32,948 bases of DNA from Octopus bimaculoides (taxonomy: Eukaryota). Positions 32,356-32,948 of this stretch are shown here, one piece after another (position 1 is the stretch's first letter; each line of letters begins with the position of its first letter). Below the pieces are notes generated by a model. The model saw nothing but the letters and a program-made list of their open reading frames with translations, was not told where the DNA came from and did no database searches. The stretch is taken from assembly GCF_001194135.2 (NCBI RefSeq), contig NC_068990.1, forward strand, positions 11,217,559 through 11,250,506, written 5' to 3'. The position numbers and the translations under genes are program-made.

Positions 32356-32948
32356 TCACCAGAAATTCTGGCAAATTTAAAGTGTATAGAAATCTTGCTT
32401 TATGAGACGCTATCATACGTTAAATTCAAATTACGTTGAACGTAATAAGATTAAAATAAAAAATATTCCCTCAAAAAAGCCATTTCTACTCATTCTTTCA
32501 AATTCATACATATGTATATAGGTGTATATATATTTAAAGAATAAAAAGTTTCGAAGGGTGTAACAATGCACTATAAGACAAACAATGGGCTATATACCTG
32601 TTGTAATTTAGTCATCCATAGTCTGATAATATCTCGGAATAAAATTCCTTCTTCAGATATTCTTAGATGTAGTCGCTGCTATAATCCGTTTCCCAACGGT
32701 TTTTGTCTTTTTTGAAAGCGTCTCAGCAGTGGTATCTTCATGAGAAGTGCGTGAGGTCGGCCATGTCTCAATCTCGTGTGTGCTGGTACATATATACGTA
32801 TGCACACATATATATATACATACATACACACATACATATACATATACACACATACATGCATAAATGTACGCAAATACACACATATATACTCACGTATAGA
32901 CATATCTGAAAGCACACATGCATACATACACATATTTCTCTACATATG

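Overview
AT-rich, repeat-dense eukaryotic DNA with four assembly gaps. From memory, the SINE and MITE families look like octopod cephalopod (Octopus) repeats; this is unverified and a BLASTN search would settle it. I cannot support any intact host protein-coding gene. The ORF track consists mostly of microsatellite read-throughs, gap-spanning frames and transposon remnants. The window holds layered transposon fossils: mariner/maT, pogo/Tigger, Chapaev3-like CMC, FLYWCH-bearing MULE, RLE-type (R4/Dong-like) non-LTR, Penelope-like and possibly other LINE pieces. It also holds several MITEs, about 20 tRNA-derived SINE copies and a truncated U6 pseudogene. Two things stand out. (1) At 19341-19640 there is a compact element made of a perfect 23-bp head palindrome, a tRNA-Ser-like Pol III head, (AAT)n and a minimal type I hammerhead ribozyme core; a second hammerhead core lies at about 31945-32030. 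(2) There is a sharply CpG-depleted block at about 14.4-29.7 kb, which I infer is the methylation footprint of an unrecognised gene body. Coordinates of degraded elements are approximate.
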